Source: Ignavibacteriota bacterium (GTDB taxonomy: Bacteria; Bacteroidota; Ignavibacteria; UBA10030). Taken from it: a stretch of DNA of 64,000 nucleotides. Within the stretch, counting starts at the first letter, position 1, and the number at the start of each line of letters is the position of its first letter. The stretch is taken from contig CAVSHO010000011.1 of NCBI GenBank assembly GCA_963727825.1, positions 192,001-256,000 of the forward strand. The letters run 5' to 3'. The position numbers were made by a program, and so were the translations under genes. The notes beneath the pieces were generated by a model that worked only from the letters and a program-made list of their open reading frames with translations, was not told the DNA's origin and did no database searches. Shown piece after piece: positions 31,225 to 42,282 of the stretch.

Positions 31225-32598
31225 CTATTTCTTCCTTAATCGGATAGAAAACGACCCATCCATTCCATGCTTATGCCTGAAGGTTTCAACTTGTCCTTGA
31301 TTTCCAATAAGGTCCTGATGAATAATATTACTTCCAGATTCTATGGAGAAATCAAGATGTTGCTCAAGAAATTCTTTGATAAGGTCAATATTTTCTTCAG
31401 GTTCAATCGTGCAAGTACTATAGACAAGGACACCACCCGGTTTCACGAGTTTCGCTGCATTCTCCATAAGTGATTTTTGCAAATGCACGAGCTTGGGAAT
31501 ATCATCTGCATCCCGCTGCCATTTCGCATCTGGTTTCTTTGAAAGCACGCCAAGTCCCGAGCATGGAGCGTCCACCAGCACTTTTTCTGCCGGTGGGATT
31601 TCAATTGTTGCGCCATCGTCAGCTATCAAATGCACATTTGTGATACCGAGCCGCTGGCATGCACTCTTCACAAGATGAAGACGAGTCTCATAGCGATCGA
31701 CAGCAATAATTTCACCGAAGTTTTTCATCAATTCCCCGATGAAAGTTGTTTTCCCGCCCGGCGCCGAACAAAGATCAATAACACGTTCTCCAGGGTTGGG
31801 ATCCAATAAAAGTACCGGCATGCCTGCACTTTCATCCTGTACAGAAAAATATCCCTGCTGGAAGAGTTCTGAACTGCCGATGTCAGCCATGTGCTGAACT
31901 CTGACAAAATAATCGAGATACGGAGAACGTGAATATTGAATCTGATGTTTTTCTAACAATGAAATGAAATAATTGAAATCAACTTTTAAGCGATTGACGC
32001 GCAATGCCAAATCAGGAATAGCATTGTTTGCTTCCATCATCCGCTTCGCATCATCATAGCCGTAACGTTCTACCCATCTTTTGGTCATCCAAACAGGATG
32101 TGACTCTATCACCGTGAGATTTCGGAGTTTATCTTCTTCCGGATCTGGATAACGAATATTTTCAATGTTACGAATAATGTTGCGCAAAACGGCATTCACC
32201 AGGTCGGCTGCTTTTTGACCGCGTAATCGTTTGGTGAATTCAACGGCTTCATTTACTGCGGCAGAATGCGGCACCCGGTCAAGAAATTGAATTTGATACA
32301 ACGCCACGCGAAGTGCATTTTTGATATTCGTTTCCGCTTTAGTGAAGTTGCCGTGAAAAAAACCTGTAAGCACCCAATCGAGTTTCATTTTCCAGCGAAT
32401 TACACCGGTAACAATCTCGTTCATCAATCCCTTGTCTAACTCGTTCATTACATCCGAGCGCAATTCGGCATCTAATAATTTATCAAGATACGAATCTGAT
32501 CGTTCAATCCGGTTGAGAATCTTTACCGCTGTGCCACGCGGGCCATCATATACATTAGTTTGCTGAGTTTGTTCTTGTTGATCGGTGTTTTCTTGCAT
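31225..32598 (-). CDS. rsmB: 16S rRNA m5C967 methyltransferase
   Basis: NusB-like N-terminus, VQDES, DLCSAPGGKT, DAPCSGLG, YSTCT. Confidence 0.92.
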   Translation of the reverse strand: MQENTDQQEQTQQTNVYDGPRGTAVKILNRIERSDSYLDKLLDAELRSDVMNELDKGLMNEIVTGVIRWKMKLDWVLTGFFHGNFTKAETNIKNALRVALYQIQFLDRVPHSAAVNEAVEFTKRLRGQKAADLVNAVLRNIIRNIENIRYPDPEEDKLRNLTVIESHPVWMTKRWVERYGYDDAKRMMEANNAIPDLALRVNRLKVDFNYFISLLEKHQIQYSRSPYLDYFVRVQHMADIGSSELFQQGYFSVQDESAGMPVLLLDPNPGERVIDLCSAPGGKTTFIGELMKNFGEIIAVDRYETRLHLVKSACQRLGITNVHLIADDGATIEIPPAEKVLVDAPCSGLGVLSKKPDAKWQRDADDIPKLVHLQKSLMENAAKLVKPGGVLVYSTCTIEPEENIDLIKEFLEQHLDFSIESGSNIIHQDLIGNQGQVETFRHKHGMDGSFSIRLRKK

Positions 32599-32612
32599 TC
32601 AACTTTCTTTCA

Positions 32613-33890
32613 TCAATCTTTTGTTCCGTTTTGGCGGCGTTCCTCTATGGTCGAATTAAAAACTTCTCGGAAGAGATCCGCTTCGGCATCTATCAAATCA
32701 ATGTTCCGCCTCGCCATTACAAGCCGCGCCAAATTAATGGCTTTTTCAACATCATATACAGTAAAAGGCTCCCGCGTGCTGCACCAGGAAAAAGATGGAA
32801 TATATTTCGGCGGGAACCAATTTCCAAAAATATTACAACACACACCGACCATTGTTCCAGTGTTAAATGTCGTACCGATAGCACTTTTCGAGTGATCGCC
32901 TATCATAATACCTAAAAACGACAAACCTGTATTAATCTTTTCAGATCCTACTTGCACTTTGACTGTGCTGTAGTTATTCTTCAAATCACTGCTATTTGTA
33001 CCAGCGCCTAAATTTACCCACGAGCCAAGATAGGAATGCCCAAGAAATCCGGCATGTTGTTTGTTAGAGTAGCTGTGAATAACCGATCCTTCTATTTCAC
33101 CGCCGACTTTACATACAGGCCCGATTGTTGTGTTCTCGTAAATCTGTGCGCCTACTTTGACTGAAGAACCATCCAGAATGCATGCAGGACCAATAACTGT
33201 GGATTGTGGAAATACTTTTACATTCTTGCCAATATATATCGGACCGGATTCCGCATCAAGCACCGAACCCGGTTTGATGACTGCACCATTTTCGATGACG
33301 ATGTTTTTCTTCCCTATTAGATGTACGCTGGAGTGCACTTTTCCACGAATGTGCAATCGTCTCTTCCCTGCTTTTTTCACAATTGATTCAAAATCTTTCA
33401 TTATCTGTGCACCGTTCTTTTGAATTAAATCCCAGGGGTAAGAAACAGTCTCTATGTCAATTTCAATTTTATGCAAGCCGTCAAAGTCTGAAAGTGATAG
33501 TGGAGACGAAAGATTCTTCTTTACTCGTTCTAGATTCTTTCCGCTGACATACGCGGCAATCACTTGATCGCCGGCGACATATGCAACATCTTGTTTTGCT
33601 GTCAATGGAATCTTCTTGGCAAGCGTTTGATCGGCGAGTATACGGCCATTGATGAAGAGACATTCTGTGCCGGGAATTTCATTTACCGAAAACTGCGGTT
33701 TACGCGACTTGATACACAAAGCGAGAGATTTCCTGCATTGGACAGTAATATTTGCAGGTGAATATGCTCGCAGGATTTTTTCTTTTAATGAAAAAATTCC
33801 ACAGCGTAAAGAATAGACAGGCCGGAAATGAACTAGCGGCAGGAATTGTGCAAAATGATTGTCTTCGAAAATGCAGATTTGCTGTGCCAT
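32613..33890 (-). CDS. GlmU-like putative sugar nucleotidyltransferase/hexapeptide transferase
   Basis: MAQQICIFED...LPL..FRP..LRCG, left-handed beta-helix repeats, SNKQHAGFLGHSYLGSWVNLGAGTNSSDLKNNY. Start reassigned to ATG 33890, downstream of the rpmE terminator. Confidence 0.8.
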   Translation of the reverse strand: MAQQICIFEDNHFAQFLPLVHFRPVYSLRCGIFSLKEKILRAYSPANITVQCRKSLALCIKSRKPQFSVNEIPGTECLFINGRILADQTLAKKIPLTAKQDVAYVAGDQVIAAYVSGKNLERVKKNLSSPLSLSDFDGLHKIEIDIETVSYPWDLIQKNGAQIMKDFESIVKKAGKRRLHIRGKVHSSVHLIGKKNIVIENGAVIKPGSVLDAESGPIYIGKNVKVFPQSTVIGPACILDGSSVKVGAQIYENTTIGPVCKVGGEIEGSVIHSYSNKQHAGFLGHSYLGSWVNLGAGTNSSDLKNNYSTVKVQVGSEKINTGLSFLGIMIGDHSKSAIGTTFNTGTMVGVCCNIFGNWFPPKYIPSFSWCSTREPFTVYDVEKAINLARLVMARRNIDLIDAEADLFREVFNSTIEERRQNGTKD

Positions 33891-33962
33891 CGATCTTCTC
33901 CTATTTTTGAACGGGTGGTAACGTGAATGTTCAGTGTTTTGAACATTCCCACTGCCGACAAC

Positions 33963-34000
33963 AAAAAAAGCGGAATGCATTTATCACAACACATTCCGCC
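33963..34000 (-). terminator. rpmE terminator
   Basis: GCGGAATG...CATTCCGC stem followed by T7 on the minus strand. Confidence 0.7.
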
Positions 34001-34022
34001 TTTCGGAATTTAAACGCCGTAA

Positions 34023-34256
34023 TTATACTCCAGCAGTTGCCGCCGTTGGCTCTTCTTTCTTCGCAGCATATTTCCTCTTGAACTTCTCTATGCGACCGGC
34101 TGAATCAAGTAGTTTCTGCTTGCCAGTATAGAAAGGGTGGCAATTAGCACAAATTTCGATATGGAGGTTGCCTACGGTGGATCGGGTTTCAAAGACATTT
34201 CCGCACACGCAGGTAACTATCGATTTTTTATATGTTGGGTGAATTCCTTCTTTCAT
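34023..34256 (-). CDS. rpmE: 50S ribosomal protein L31 (Zn-binding type)
   Basis: MKEGIHP...CVCG...[14 protein letters not shown]...GRIEKF; start at ATG 34256. Confidence 0.96.
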   Translation of the reverse strand: MKEGIHPTYKKSIVTCVCGNVFETRSTVGNLHIEICANCHPFYTGKQKLLDSAGRIEKFKRKYAAKKEEPTAATAGV

Positions 34257-34626
34257 CGCTATCCTCAAAATCTTATATGATAAACTGGTAATAAAATACG
34301 AAAAAACTGATTGAGTTGCAAAGAATATTTTCCCAAACATAAACAGACTAACTATTCAGTATAATCTTTTTAGATTGATAGATTCCATTTATTTATCAAT
34401 AACGACAGTTTCTAGTTATTCAACAGGGATTCGATCCTGCAAATAATAAGCCTCAGGTCAGTCTATAACCACAACGAACCAACTCGGTAAAAAAATCTTA
34501 TGTTGCACTGTCGGTGTGAAGAGAGATTCCTTTTTATATTGACTTTACCTAGATCAATATTTTAATTATATGGCCTTCTTCTTCAATCAAATCTTGAATC
34601 TCAATCTCTTATTCGGTAGATTCTAG

Positions 34627-35565
34627 ATGATGAAAAGAATACTAGCTATAATTATTATTCTAGGATGTATTAAAATTCCCCTCTTTGCTCAGCAAGGCAC
34701 ATACAATTTTCTCCTCACAGATGTCAGCGCACGCGCCGCTGCATTAAATGGCAGTTTTGTCTCGATGAAAGATGATCCAAATGTCCTGTTCTACAACCCT
34801 GCATCAATTGGAACATTGAGCGTACCAAAAGTATCTGTTAGCTATGTGAATGATCTGCTGGATGTCAATGCCGGAACGCTGAGTTATGGACAATATATTC
34901 AAGGCATCGGAAGTGTTGGTGCAGGTGTTATATATATGAATTATGGCTCTTTCAACAGAACCGACGAATTAATGAATGTTTTGGGAACATTTGGTGCTAC
35001 TGAATTAGCATTTGTAGCCGGGATAGCAGCACACTACGATGACGACATTCTTGTAGGTATCAATGCTAAATTTATTTCTTCTTCCATAGCTGAATACAGT
35101 TCTACGGCACTTGCTGCCGATCTCGGATTTCTTTATGATATTCCATCACAGAATCTTTCTATCGGCGGCAGTGTTTTGAATATCGGTAAGCAATTGAAAA
35201 CATATGCCGGAGTAAATGAGTTGCTTCCCCTTGATGTGAAATTCGGAATTACAAAACGACCGGAACATCTTCCTGTTTTCTTAAACATTGATTTTCATCA
35301 ATTGAATGAAAACGACGATAAATTCTTCGATCGCTTCAGCAATTTTACCGTTGGCGCAGAATTTTTAATGAGCAAATCCCTGCGGCTGCGAGTAGGTTAC
35401 AATAACAAACAACGTCAAGATCTCAAGACAGGTACAACAGCAGGACTTGGAGGATTCTCTCTTGGTGTTGGACTTGTATTAAATGAATATCAAATTGATT
35501 ACGCCTATAATTCATACGGCGATTTTGGCGGGATACAACGGTTTTCTCTTGGCATCAATCTGTAG
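34627..35565 (+). CDS. PorV/PorQ-family outer-membrane protein (type IX secretion system)
   Basis: Signal peptide, FL...SARAAAL.G, FYNPA, LRVGY, C-terminal IDYAY...RFSLGINL. Confidence 0.8.
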   Translation: MMKRILAIIIILGCIKIPLFAQQGTYNFLLTDVSARAAALNGSFVSMKDDPNVLFYNPASIGTLSVPKVSVSYVNDLLDVNAGTLSYGQYIQGIGSVGAGVIYMNYGSFNRTDELMNVLGTFGATELAFVAGIAAHYDDDILVGINAKFISSSIAEYSSTALAADLGFLYDIPSQNLSIGGSVLNIGKQLKTYAGVNELLPLDVKFGITKRPEHLPVFLNIDFHQLNENDDKFFDRFSNFTVGAEFLMSKSLRLRVGYNNKQRQDLKTGTTAGLGGFSLGVGLVLNEYQIDYAYNSYGDFGGIQRFSLGINL

Positions 35566-35758
35566 AAGTTTAGAGATAGATTAGAAGTTCTTTCTTATTC
35601 AAAGTTCCACTACCGCAAAATCAAATCCAATCTGGCGATAAGCGCAAGAAGCGTTTCCTGAAAAAGTGTAGGCCAGCGTTTGCGCGAAACGATAAGTGAT
35701 CCGCCAAGAACGACGGCTATTGACGCAACGAGGGCAAGAAGGAGTATTTGAATTTTCA

Positions 35759-36998
35759 TTAGTTGCGCTTGTATGGTTGTTTAAGATATATTTTTGCTTC
35801 CCTATAAGAATTTTCATACTCTTTCATCTCCAGTACTTTTTTATACTGCTCAATTGCATATTCTCGCTTTCCCTCAGCATCGTAAATCATACCGATGATA
35901 AGATTAGCAAGCGACATAAATCCTGATGATTCTTCTTTGTCTAATTTTCTGGAAATCTCATCACAAGTGTATAAATTTTTAAGTGCTGTGTCATACCTTC
36001 CGGCTAAAAACTCGAATTTACCTATATAATAATGAGCTTCCCGCGCATCATACATATCATATCCAACCTGCTGCTGTGTATAGCGATTTATTATATCAAT
36101 GAAAATATCATTCGCCTCTCCAAGATATCCGGTAACAACAAGACAGCGCCCAAGATATCGATAGAATATAGAATTGTTCGGGTACTTTTCATGCAGTTTT
36201 CTGGCAAGTTCAAGCGCTCCCGTATAATTTTTTTCGTACGTGAAATAGTTCTGCATAAGAAAGTAAGTCGCCTCTACTTGCGCATACTTTGCATGAAGCG
36301 ACGCCTGCCGGAGTTGTTCCAATCCTTTTTTCCGATCACCGCTGGGGAAAAATATCATAGCAGGTTTCACGAAAGGATATTTACTTGGAATAACGGCTGC
36401 ATAATAATTGTAGATTCCAATGCCAAGCAGAACGTCGTAATTATCAGGCTCAAGTTCATACGCTTTTCGTACCAGGGGCAGCGCAACAATTCCATCGTTT
36501 GCAGCGCCAAGCCATTTGCCCCGGTTTGCCCGTAAACGGCCGCGAAATCCTACGGCACCGCCTTTAAAAAACATCGCCGCTACATCTTCCGGATTTTCAT
36601 CGAGTCGTTTTTCACATATATCCACGACTTCATCTAGCATTTTGTACAGTTTTCTCGTCCTGTGATTCATCATCAAATTTGCTGATGATGCGTTCCCACT
36701 GGATCATAGCTCGGAAAAAATATCCGACTGGATGGTCAGGGCGCAATTTGATGACTTCGGAAATATCAGATTCAGCTTTATCAAATTCAAAATTGTAAAG
36801 CTCGTCGATTCCGCGCTGGACACGCTGATCAATTACTCGATCTTCAATCCACTGCGAATGAGAGATAGAAACTGCGAAAAGAATAACAAGCACTGAAAGG
36901 ATGGAATAATTTATAATTCTTCTAAATGCAGAGCGACACTTGGAATTATTGTTAATTGTTAAGTTCAATGTTACCGTAATAAAAACCTCCCAGATCAT
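35759..36998 (-). CDS. Secreted TPR protein (apparent indel at ~36650; start uncertain)
   Basis: ORFs 36630..36998 (signal-like segment, GIDELYNFEF...PDHPVGYF) and 35759..36676 overlap in different frames; TPR-like helices. Confidence 0.7.
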
Positions 36999-37093
36999 TT
37001 ATATATACTACACATTAGCAAGCATTTAATAAGTTTGACACAGAGACAAATAATGCATCAAACCAATTAATAAAAGGAGTGTTAGACGATTGA

Positions 37094-38581
37094 TTAGATT
37101 AATTTCTTGGCAAAGTAATCCTTTAGACTTGCACTTGCTATTCGCTCCTGTACCATTGTGTCGCGATCACGCACTGTCACCGTTTGATCTTGAAGTGTTT
37201 GTGAATCAATAGTCACGCAGTATGGAGTGCCCACTTCATCCTGACGGCGGTAACGCCTTCCCACAGCGCCGCTGTCATCATAAAACACACGGAAAGATGA
37301 CCGCAGATCAGTTTCAATCTTCCGGGTTAACTCGGGCATTCCGTCACGATTGACCAGCGGGAAAAGAGCAACTTTGATTGGTGCAAGTTTCGGATTGAGT
37401 TTCATCACAACCCGCAATTCCATCGCACCGTCTGCATTAGGAGCTTCTTCTTCGTGGTATGCGTCTACAAGAAACGCCATAAATGAACGACTCGCTCCGG
37501 CAGAAGTTTCAATAACGAATGGTGTAAACTTCTCTTTGGTTTCTTCATCAAAATATTTCATGCTCTTACCGGAAAACTGTTCATGCCGCGATAAATCGAA
37601 ATCTGTTCGATTGTGCACACCTTCAATTTCTCCCCAGCCAAATGGAAAAAGATATTCGATATCGTATGCATCTTTGGCATAATGCGCAAGCTTGTCTTTC
37701 GGATGCTGATGCCACTGCAGTTTCTCTTTGGCCATTCCGAGATCGATAAACCATTGCATCCTTTCACCGCGCCAGTATTCAAACTGCTGGACGTCAGTGC
37801 CGGGTTTCACGAAGAACTGCATTTCCATTTGCTCGAATTCTCTTGTGCGGAAAAGAAAGTTTTTAGTATTGATTTCGTTTCGGAACGCTTTGCCGATTTG
37901 CGCAATACCAAACGGCAGTTTCTGCCGTGATGCAGATTGTACGTTTAAAAAGTTGACGAAGATACCTTGAGCCGTTTCCGGACGTAAAAATACTATTGAC
38001 GATGAATCCTCCACGGGACCAACGAATGTCTTGAACATTAAATTGAATTTCCGAGCTTCGGTGAATGTGTTTTTATTACCGCAGCTTGGGCAAGAAAGCA
38101 TCGGTACGATACGCGCTGCATCTTGATCAGTTGCAACGAGTTTAGCAAATTCTTCTAAAATGGTTTCGTCTTTCTGCTGACCGCCAAATTTTTTTGCGTC
38201 GATTTCACGAAGAACTTCTTTTTTCTTTTTTAACGAAAGTTCTTCGCAAAGAACATCAATCCGGTATCGTGCTTTACATTGCTTGCAATCCACCATTGGA
38301 TCGGTAAAATTCTCGACGTGACCCGATGCTTCCCAGACTCGAGGGTGCATCAGGATCGATGCGTCGATTCCTTCCACATTCTCTCGGTAGGTCATGCTCT
38401 TCCACCATTGTTGTTTCAAATTGTTCAGCATTTCCACTCCGAGTGGACCATAATCCCAGCATCCGTTCAATCCGCCATAAATTTCACTTGATTGAAAAAC
38501 AAAACCGCGCCGCTTTGCTAACGACACGATTTTATCCATTGTCTTCGCTTGTTCACCTGTGTTTAATTTATTCTGACTCAT
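37094..38581 (-). CDS. glyQS: Glycine--tRNA ligase (alpha2 type)
   Basis: KRRGFVFQSSEIYGG, LRPETAQGIF, GKAFRNEI, FRTREFEQME, GRRYRRQDEVGTP. Confidence 0.96.
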   Translation of the reverse strand: MSQNKLNTGEQAKTMDKIVSLAKRRGFVFQSSEIYGGLNGCWDYGPLGVEMLNNLKQQWWKSMTYRENVEGIDASILMHPRVWEASGHVENFTDPMVDCKQCKARYRIDVLCEELSLKKKKEVLREIDAKKFGGQQKDETILEEFAKLVATDQDAARIVPMLSCPSCGNKNTFTEARKFNLMFKTFVGPVEDSSSIVFLRPETAQGIFVNFLNVQSASRQKLPFGIAQIGKAFRNEINTKNFLFRTREFEQMEMQFFVKPGTDVQQFEYWRGERMQWFIDLGMAKEKLQWHQHPKDKLAHYAKDAYDIEYLFPFGWGEIEGVHNRTDFDLSRHEQFSGKSMKYFDEETKEKFTPFVIETSAGASRSFMAFLVDAYHEEEAPNADGAMELRVVMKLNPKLAPIKVALFPLVNRDGMPELTRKIETDLRSSFRVFYDDSGAVGRRYRRQDEVGTPYCVTIDSQTLQDQTVTVRDRDTMVQERIASASLKDYFAKKLI

Positions 38582-38631
38582 ATTGTTTGATACTCGTTAT
38601 TGTTAGTGAGTAATTTGTTTTTGTTCAGCCA

Positions 38632-38666
38632 TCATTGATTATTGCTTATTGTTCACTGCTCATTGT
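38632..38666. repeat. Five degenerate tandem heptamers
   Basis: TCATTGA TTATTGC TTATTGT TCACTGC TCATTGT, immediately after the rmlA stop. Confidence 0.6.
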
Positions 38667-38668
38667 AT

Positions 38669-39734
38669 TTACGCAACTTCAATTCTACTTTGATCACCGA
38701 TCATAAAGCGATGGACACGCGGCTTACCTGCTGCCTCCACAACTTCTACATCGTTGCCAAGAATACTACCCTCGATGCGAATACCTACCTTAGTAACTTT
38801 ACAATCCCGAAGAACAATACTGTATTCCATTTCACTGTCTTTTATTTCCGTTCTGATCACCGATAGAAGTAAACGGACCAATGTAACTATCTTCGATAAG
38901 GCAGTTCTTTCCGATGATGACAGGCCCGCGAATTTTGCTTTTTATGATTTTCGCATCCTTTTCAATCACAACACGTCCTGCAACATCCGACTGTTTATCA
39001 ATATTGCCATCGATGCGCGGTTCGATATTATCAAGAATCAACCGATTCGCTTCGAGCAAGTCTGTCGGTTTTCCGGTATCTTTCCACCAGCCGGTAATTT
39101 CTGTATACCCAACTTTAAAGCCGCGTTTGATTAACAAAGTATGTGCATCAGATATTTCTAATTCTCCGCGAGCACTGGGTTTCAGACTCTTAACCGCATC
39201 AAAGATGTTATGATCGTATAGGTATATTCCTGCTACTGCATAGCTGCTCTTTGGTTTCTTTGGTTTCTCTTCCACACGAATAATTTTCCCATTGCGAATT
39301 TCCGGCACGCCAAAACGTTCCGGATCTTTCACTTTCGCTAAAGTCAGGTAACAATTGCATTTGCTCTTTTCGAATTCATCTACGAACCGTTTCACGCCTC
39401 CGACAAGCATATTATCACCGAGATAAAAAATAAATTTGTCGCCTGCAATAAACTTTTCCGCTAACTGCACTACTTGTGCAAGTCCACCGGGAACCGTTTG
39501 CGGGATGTACGTAATATTCACTCCCCATTTCGAGCCATCTCCAATATAATTTGGTACTTCCTGGCTATCCGCATTATGAACAATGCCAATTTCTTTGATG
39601 CCTGCCGCCGCTGCCGATTCGATCGCATAATATAGAATTGGCTTGTTTGCGATAGGAATAAGATGCTTGTTCTGTGTATGTGTTATGGGACGCAACCTAG
39701 TACCACGTCCACCGCTGGCAATTAGTGCTTTCAA
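38669..39734 (-). CDS. rmlA: Glucose-1-phosphate thymidylyltransferase, long form (apparent indel at ~38850)
   Basis: GGRGTRLRPITHT..KHLIPIANKP, YLGDN, EEKP, SARGELEISDA, WWKDTG. The C-terminal beta-helix part is ORF 38669..38881. Confidence 0.88.
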
Positions 39735-39757
39735 TGATTTTCCTTTACAATATTAAT

Positions 39758-40648
39758 CTAAGATTCAAGAATTTGACGAATCTGCTTTGCAACATTTGGC
39801 TCTAGGAACTTTCTTGTAATTGCCATCTTTAGTGCTTGCATTCCGATTTGCTGATATAATAAAGCGAGCGGTTTATCGGCTTTCCTAAGTTCACGCAAAT
39901 GATTTTCTATTGTAACAGAACTCCCGCGTGCAATGGGTCCAGTGAGCGCCATCTTTGGCGTCAGTTGGAAAGCGTTTTCTATGCTCGTTTTTACCAATGG
40001 CTCAAAATGTGCAAGTTTTATTCCGCTGCCAATACGTTTTACTAATTCATCTACCGTTCCAAGTAACACTGTTGAATAGTTGGAGGCAAAAACACATGCA
40101 ATATGATACAAAATTTTTTCTTCTTTTGGAATCTGAACTAATTTACCATGCAAATCTTTAACAAGCTGACGGGCTAACAAGAGTGCTGTTTTATTTCCTT
40201 CAAATCCATAAACAACATCCTTCATTCGAGCCAATTGATGTGCAAGAGTTGACACCTTTGAAAAAGATTGGATGGGATGAAGAGAAAACGTCATTGCTCC
40301 TTTCATATGCAAAGGCTCTAAGGCATCACTTGTGAGTGAACCGGATGTATGGAAGACGGCAAGTTTTGAAAAATCAAGATTCGATCGCTTCGTAATCTCT
40401 TTCGCAATGTCAAAAATATACTCCTCTGGCACTGCAATAACAATAATCCGCGTTGCTGAATGAATATCAGAAAGAGAATCAGAAAAGCTTCTACATCTAA
40501 CAATTCTTGCAAGTTTCTTTGCGGAATTTTTCTTTCGGCTAATAATGGAAACAACGTGATAACCCGCGCGACGAAACAACAATGCAAATGTTGTTCCGAC
40601 CTTACCTGCACCAACGATACTAATTGTGAATTGATCCTTGTTTCGCAT
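39758..40648 (-). CDS. Rossmann-like + DUF2520 oxidoreductase (PanG-like)
   Basis: VGAGKVG, HTSGS, SLHPIQSF, YHIACVFASNY, ALTGPIARG. Confidence 0.8.
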   Translation of the reverse strand: MRNKDQFTISIVGAGKVGTTFALLFRRAGYHVVSIISRKKNSAKKLARIVRCRSFSDSLSDIHSATRIIVIAVPEEYIFDIAKEITKRSNLDFSKLAVFHTSGSLTSDALEPLHMKGAMTFSLHPIQSFSKVSTLAHQLARMKDVVYGFEGNKTALLLARQLVKDLHGKLVQIPKEEKILYHIACVFASNYSTVLLGTVDELVKRIGSGIKLAHFEPLVKTSIENAFQLTPKMALTGPIARGSSVTIENHLRELRKADKPLALLYQQIGMQALKMAITRKFLEPNVAKQIRQILES

Positions 40649-40656
40649 CTAATTCT

Positions 40657-41484
40657 CTATACGAACGCAGCGGCAAGATATCCAACGACGCCGCTTTTAT
40701 CGCCGGTAATATCGCCCGAGTTACAATAATAGAGAATTTCTGATTTGTTTGCTCCGAGCTGCCGCGCTGCATTCATTATCGCTGCGATCGGGCCGCCGCC
40801 GCATGCTTCAAATGAACGCTCTTCTATTTCATTGATAAACGTTTCAGAATTAAATTTTTCCAGTTCGTTTATCACACGATTATCGAGCAGCACCGCTTCA
40901 TCGTAAGGATGATAGTGCGAAAGATCACTGCTCGCAACTAATAAAATGTTACGGTTTGTCCCTACTCGTACAATTGCCTCGGCAAGTTCATTGCATAACT
41001 GTCGGCGCTGATCCCCCATGATAACCGGCACAAATGAAAAGTCACCAAGCACACGCTGGAGAAATGGCAACTGAACTTCAATCGAATGTTCGGAACGATG
41101 TCCCTCATTCGATGCAACAATCGCATTTTTCTCTTCTAACAATAATTCTCTTATTTCCTTGTTAATTGGAATTGCCCCCAGCGGTGTCTCGTATGCATCT
41201 CCGGGGTAAATAGATATACCATTAAAATATTCACGATGGCTCGGTCCTACAACGATAACACAATCATAATTACTTTTTTCAACCATCTTATAAGCATGTG
41301 CTGCTGCAAATCCAGAATAAACATATCCTGCATGCGGCGATACTAATGCCCGTACCGTACCTTTCAGTTTTGGAACTCGCGCATGTTCTAAGTACTCGTC
41401 AATATTCTTTTGAAGATTATCCGGTGAATCTTCGTAAAATAGTCCAGCAGCGGTCGGAGGACGAACATTATAATGCACGCTCAT
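40657..41484 (-). CDS. amrB: AmmeMemoRadiSam system protein B (MEMO1 family)
   Basis: RPPTAAGLFY, PHAGYVYSG, GPSH, EHSIEVQLPFLQ, ASSDLSHY, CGGGP, VVGY. Confidence 0.92.
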   Translation of the reverse strand: MSVHYNVRPPTAAGLFYEDSPDNLQKNIDEYLEHARVPKLKGTVRALVSPHAGYVYSGFAAAHAYKMVEKSNYDCVIVVGPSHREYFNGISIYPGDAYETPLGAIPINKEIRELLLEEKNAIVASNEGHRSEHSIEVQLPFLQRVLGDFSFVPVIMGDQRRQLCNELAEAIVRVGTNRNILLVASSDLSHYHPYDEAVLLDNRVINELEKFNSETFINEIEERSFEACGGGPIAAIMNAARQLGANKSEILYYCNSGDITGDKSGVVGYLAAAFV

Positions 41485-41489
41485 CGAAA

Positions 41490-42074
41490 TTATTTCTCCT
41501 CTAATGATTTGAGCTCAGATTCATCGAATTTCTCGACTGTGAATGTGAAGAGTTTTACTTCTTTTTGTTTCCAGGCGTCAGGCGACAATCCAGCTTTCAA
41601 AGAGATTTGCTTAAGAAATTGTTTGCGATCCCAACCATACTCTGTTGCCACTTGCGGCAGTAATAATCCGCGCCGATATCCTGCATCGATTACTAACCCA
41701 TGCTTGCCAATTTCAATTGTTTCCGTATCAATCAATTCTTCTAGCGGTGAGAGAACTGATATTTCAATCGTGATTCTATTCAATTCAGGTGATGTAACTG
41801 GCATAAACCGCGGATCTTCCATCGCGGCTTTCACTGCTACTTCCTGCGTTGCATGAGCAAGCGGAAATAACGGCTCAATATAACCGATACAGCCGCGCAG
41901 GTCTTCGCCAATTCTCAGTGTTACGAAGACACCAGAACGACGATTTAGCTCTTCGCTTCGAAAAATGAGCGGTGGAAGGGTTTTATTTTCAAGTGTGCAA
42001 GCAATTGCGGAACGGGCAATCTTTAACAGTGTATGTTTTTCTTCGTTTGTTAAGTTCATCGAAATTGCCTCCAT
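41490..42074 (-). CDS. amrA: AmmeMemoRadiSam system protein A (AMMECR1 family)
   Basis: GVFVTL...LRGCIG, DPRF, IEISVLS, GLLLPQVA, KAGL. Confidence 0.92.
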   Translation of the reverse strand: MEAISMNLTNEEKHTLLKIARSAIACTLENKTLPPLIFRSEELNRRSGVFVTLRIGEDLRGCIGYIEPLFPLAHATQEVAVKAAMEDPRFMPVTSPELNRITIEISVLSPLEELIDTETIEIGKHGLVIDAGYRRGLLLPQVATEYGWDRKQFLKQISLKAGLSPDAWKQKEVKLFTFTVEKFDESELKSLEEK

Positions 42075-42282
42075 ATATACTCACAATTATAAGGTAGGAA
42101 GCCGCAGCGAAACATTCAATAGGATAATATTGCAGTGTCCGACTCGCAGTCAGACATCTATAGATTTATTCCTTTTCTGCCCTGTTTGGAGATAGTTTAT
42201 TCGTCTCTTAAGGTGAAGCGGGATTTTTCGACGGGATTTGCTGGCCGTTCAAATGCTATAACCGAGCTACGAACATTCCTCA

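Noticed and set aside
33891-34340. Long N-terminal extensions called for the GlmU-like gene (to 33980) and rpmE (to 34340)
   Set aside because: The first spans the rpmE terminator, and the L31 family starts at MKEGIHP (34256).
34425-34440. tRNA T-arm-like hairpin (CAGGGATTCGATCCTG)
   Set aside because: Lacks the GTTCGA consensus and a surrounding cloverleaf.
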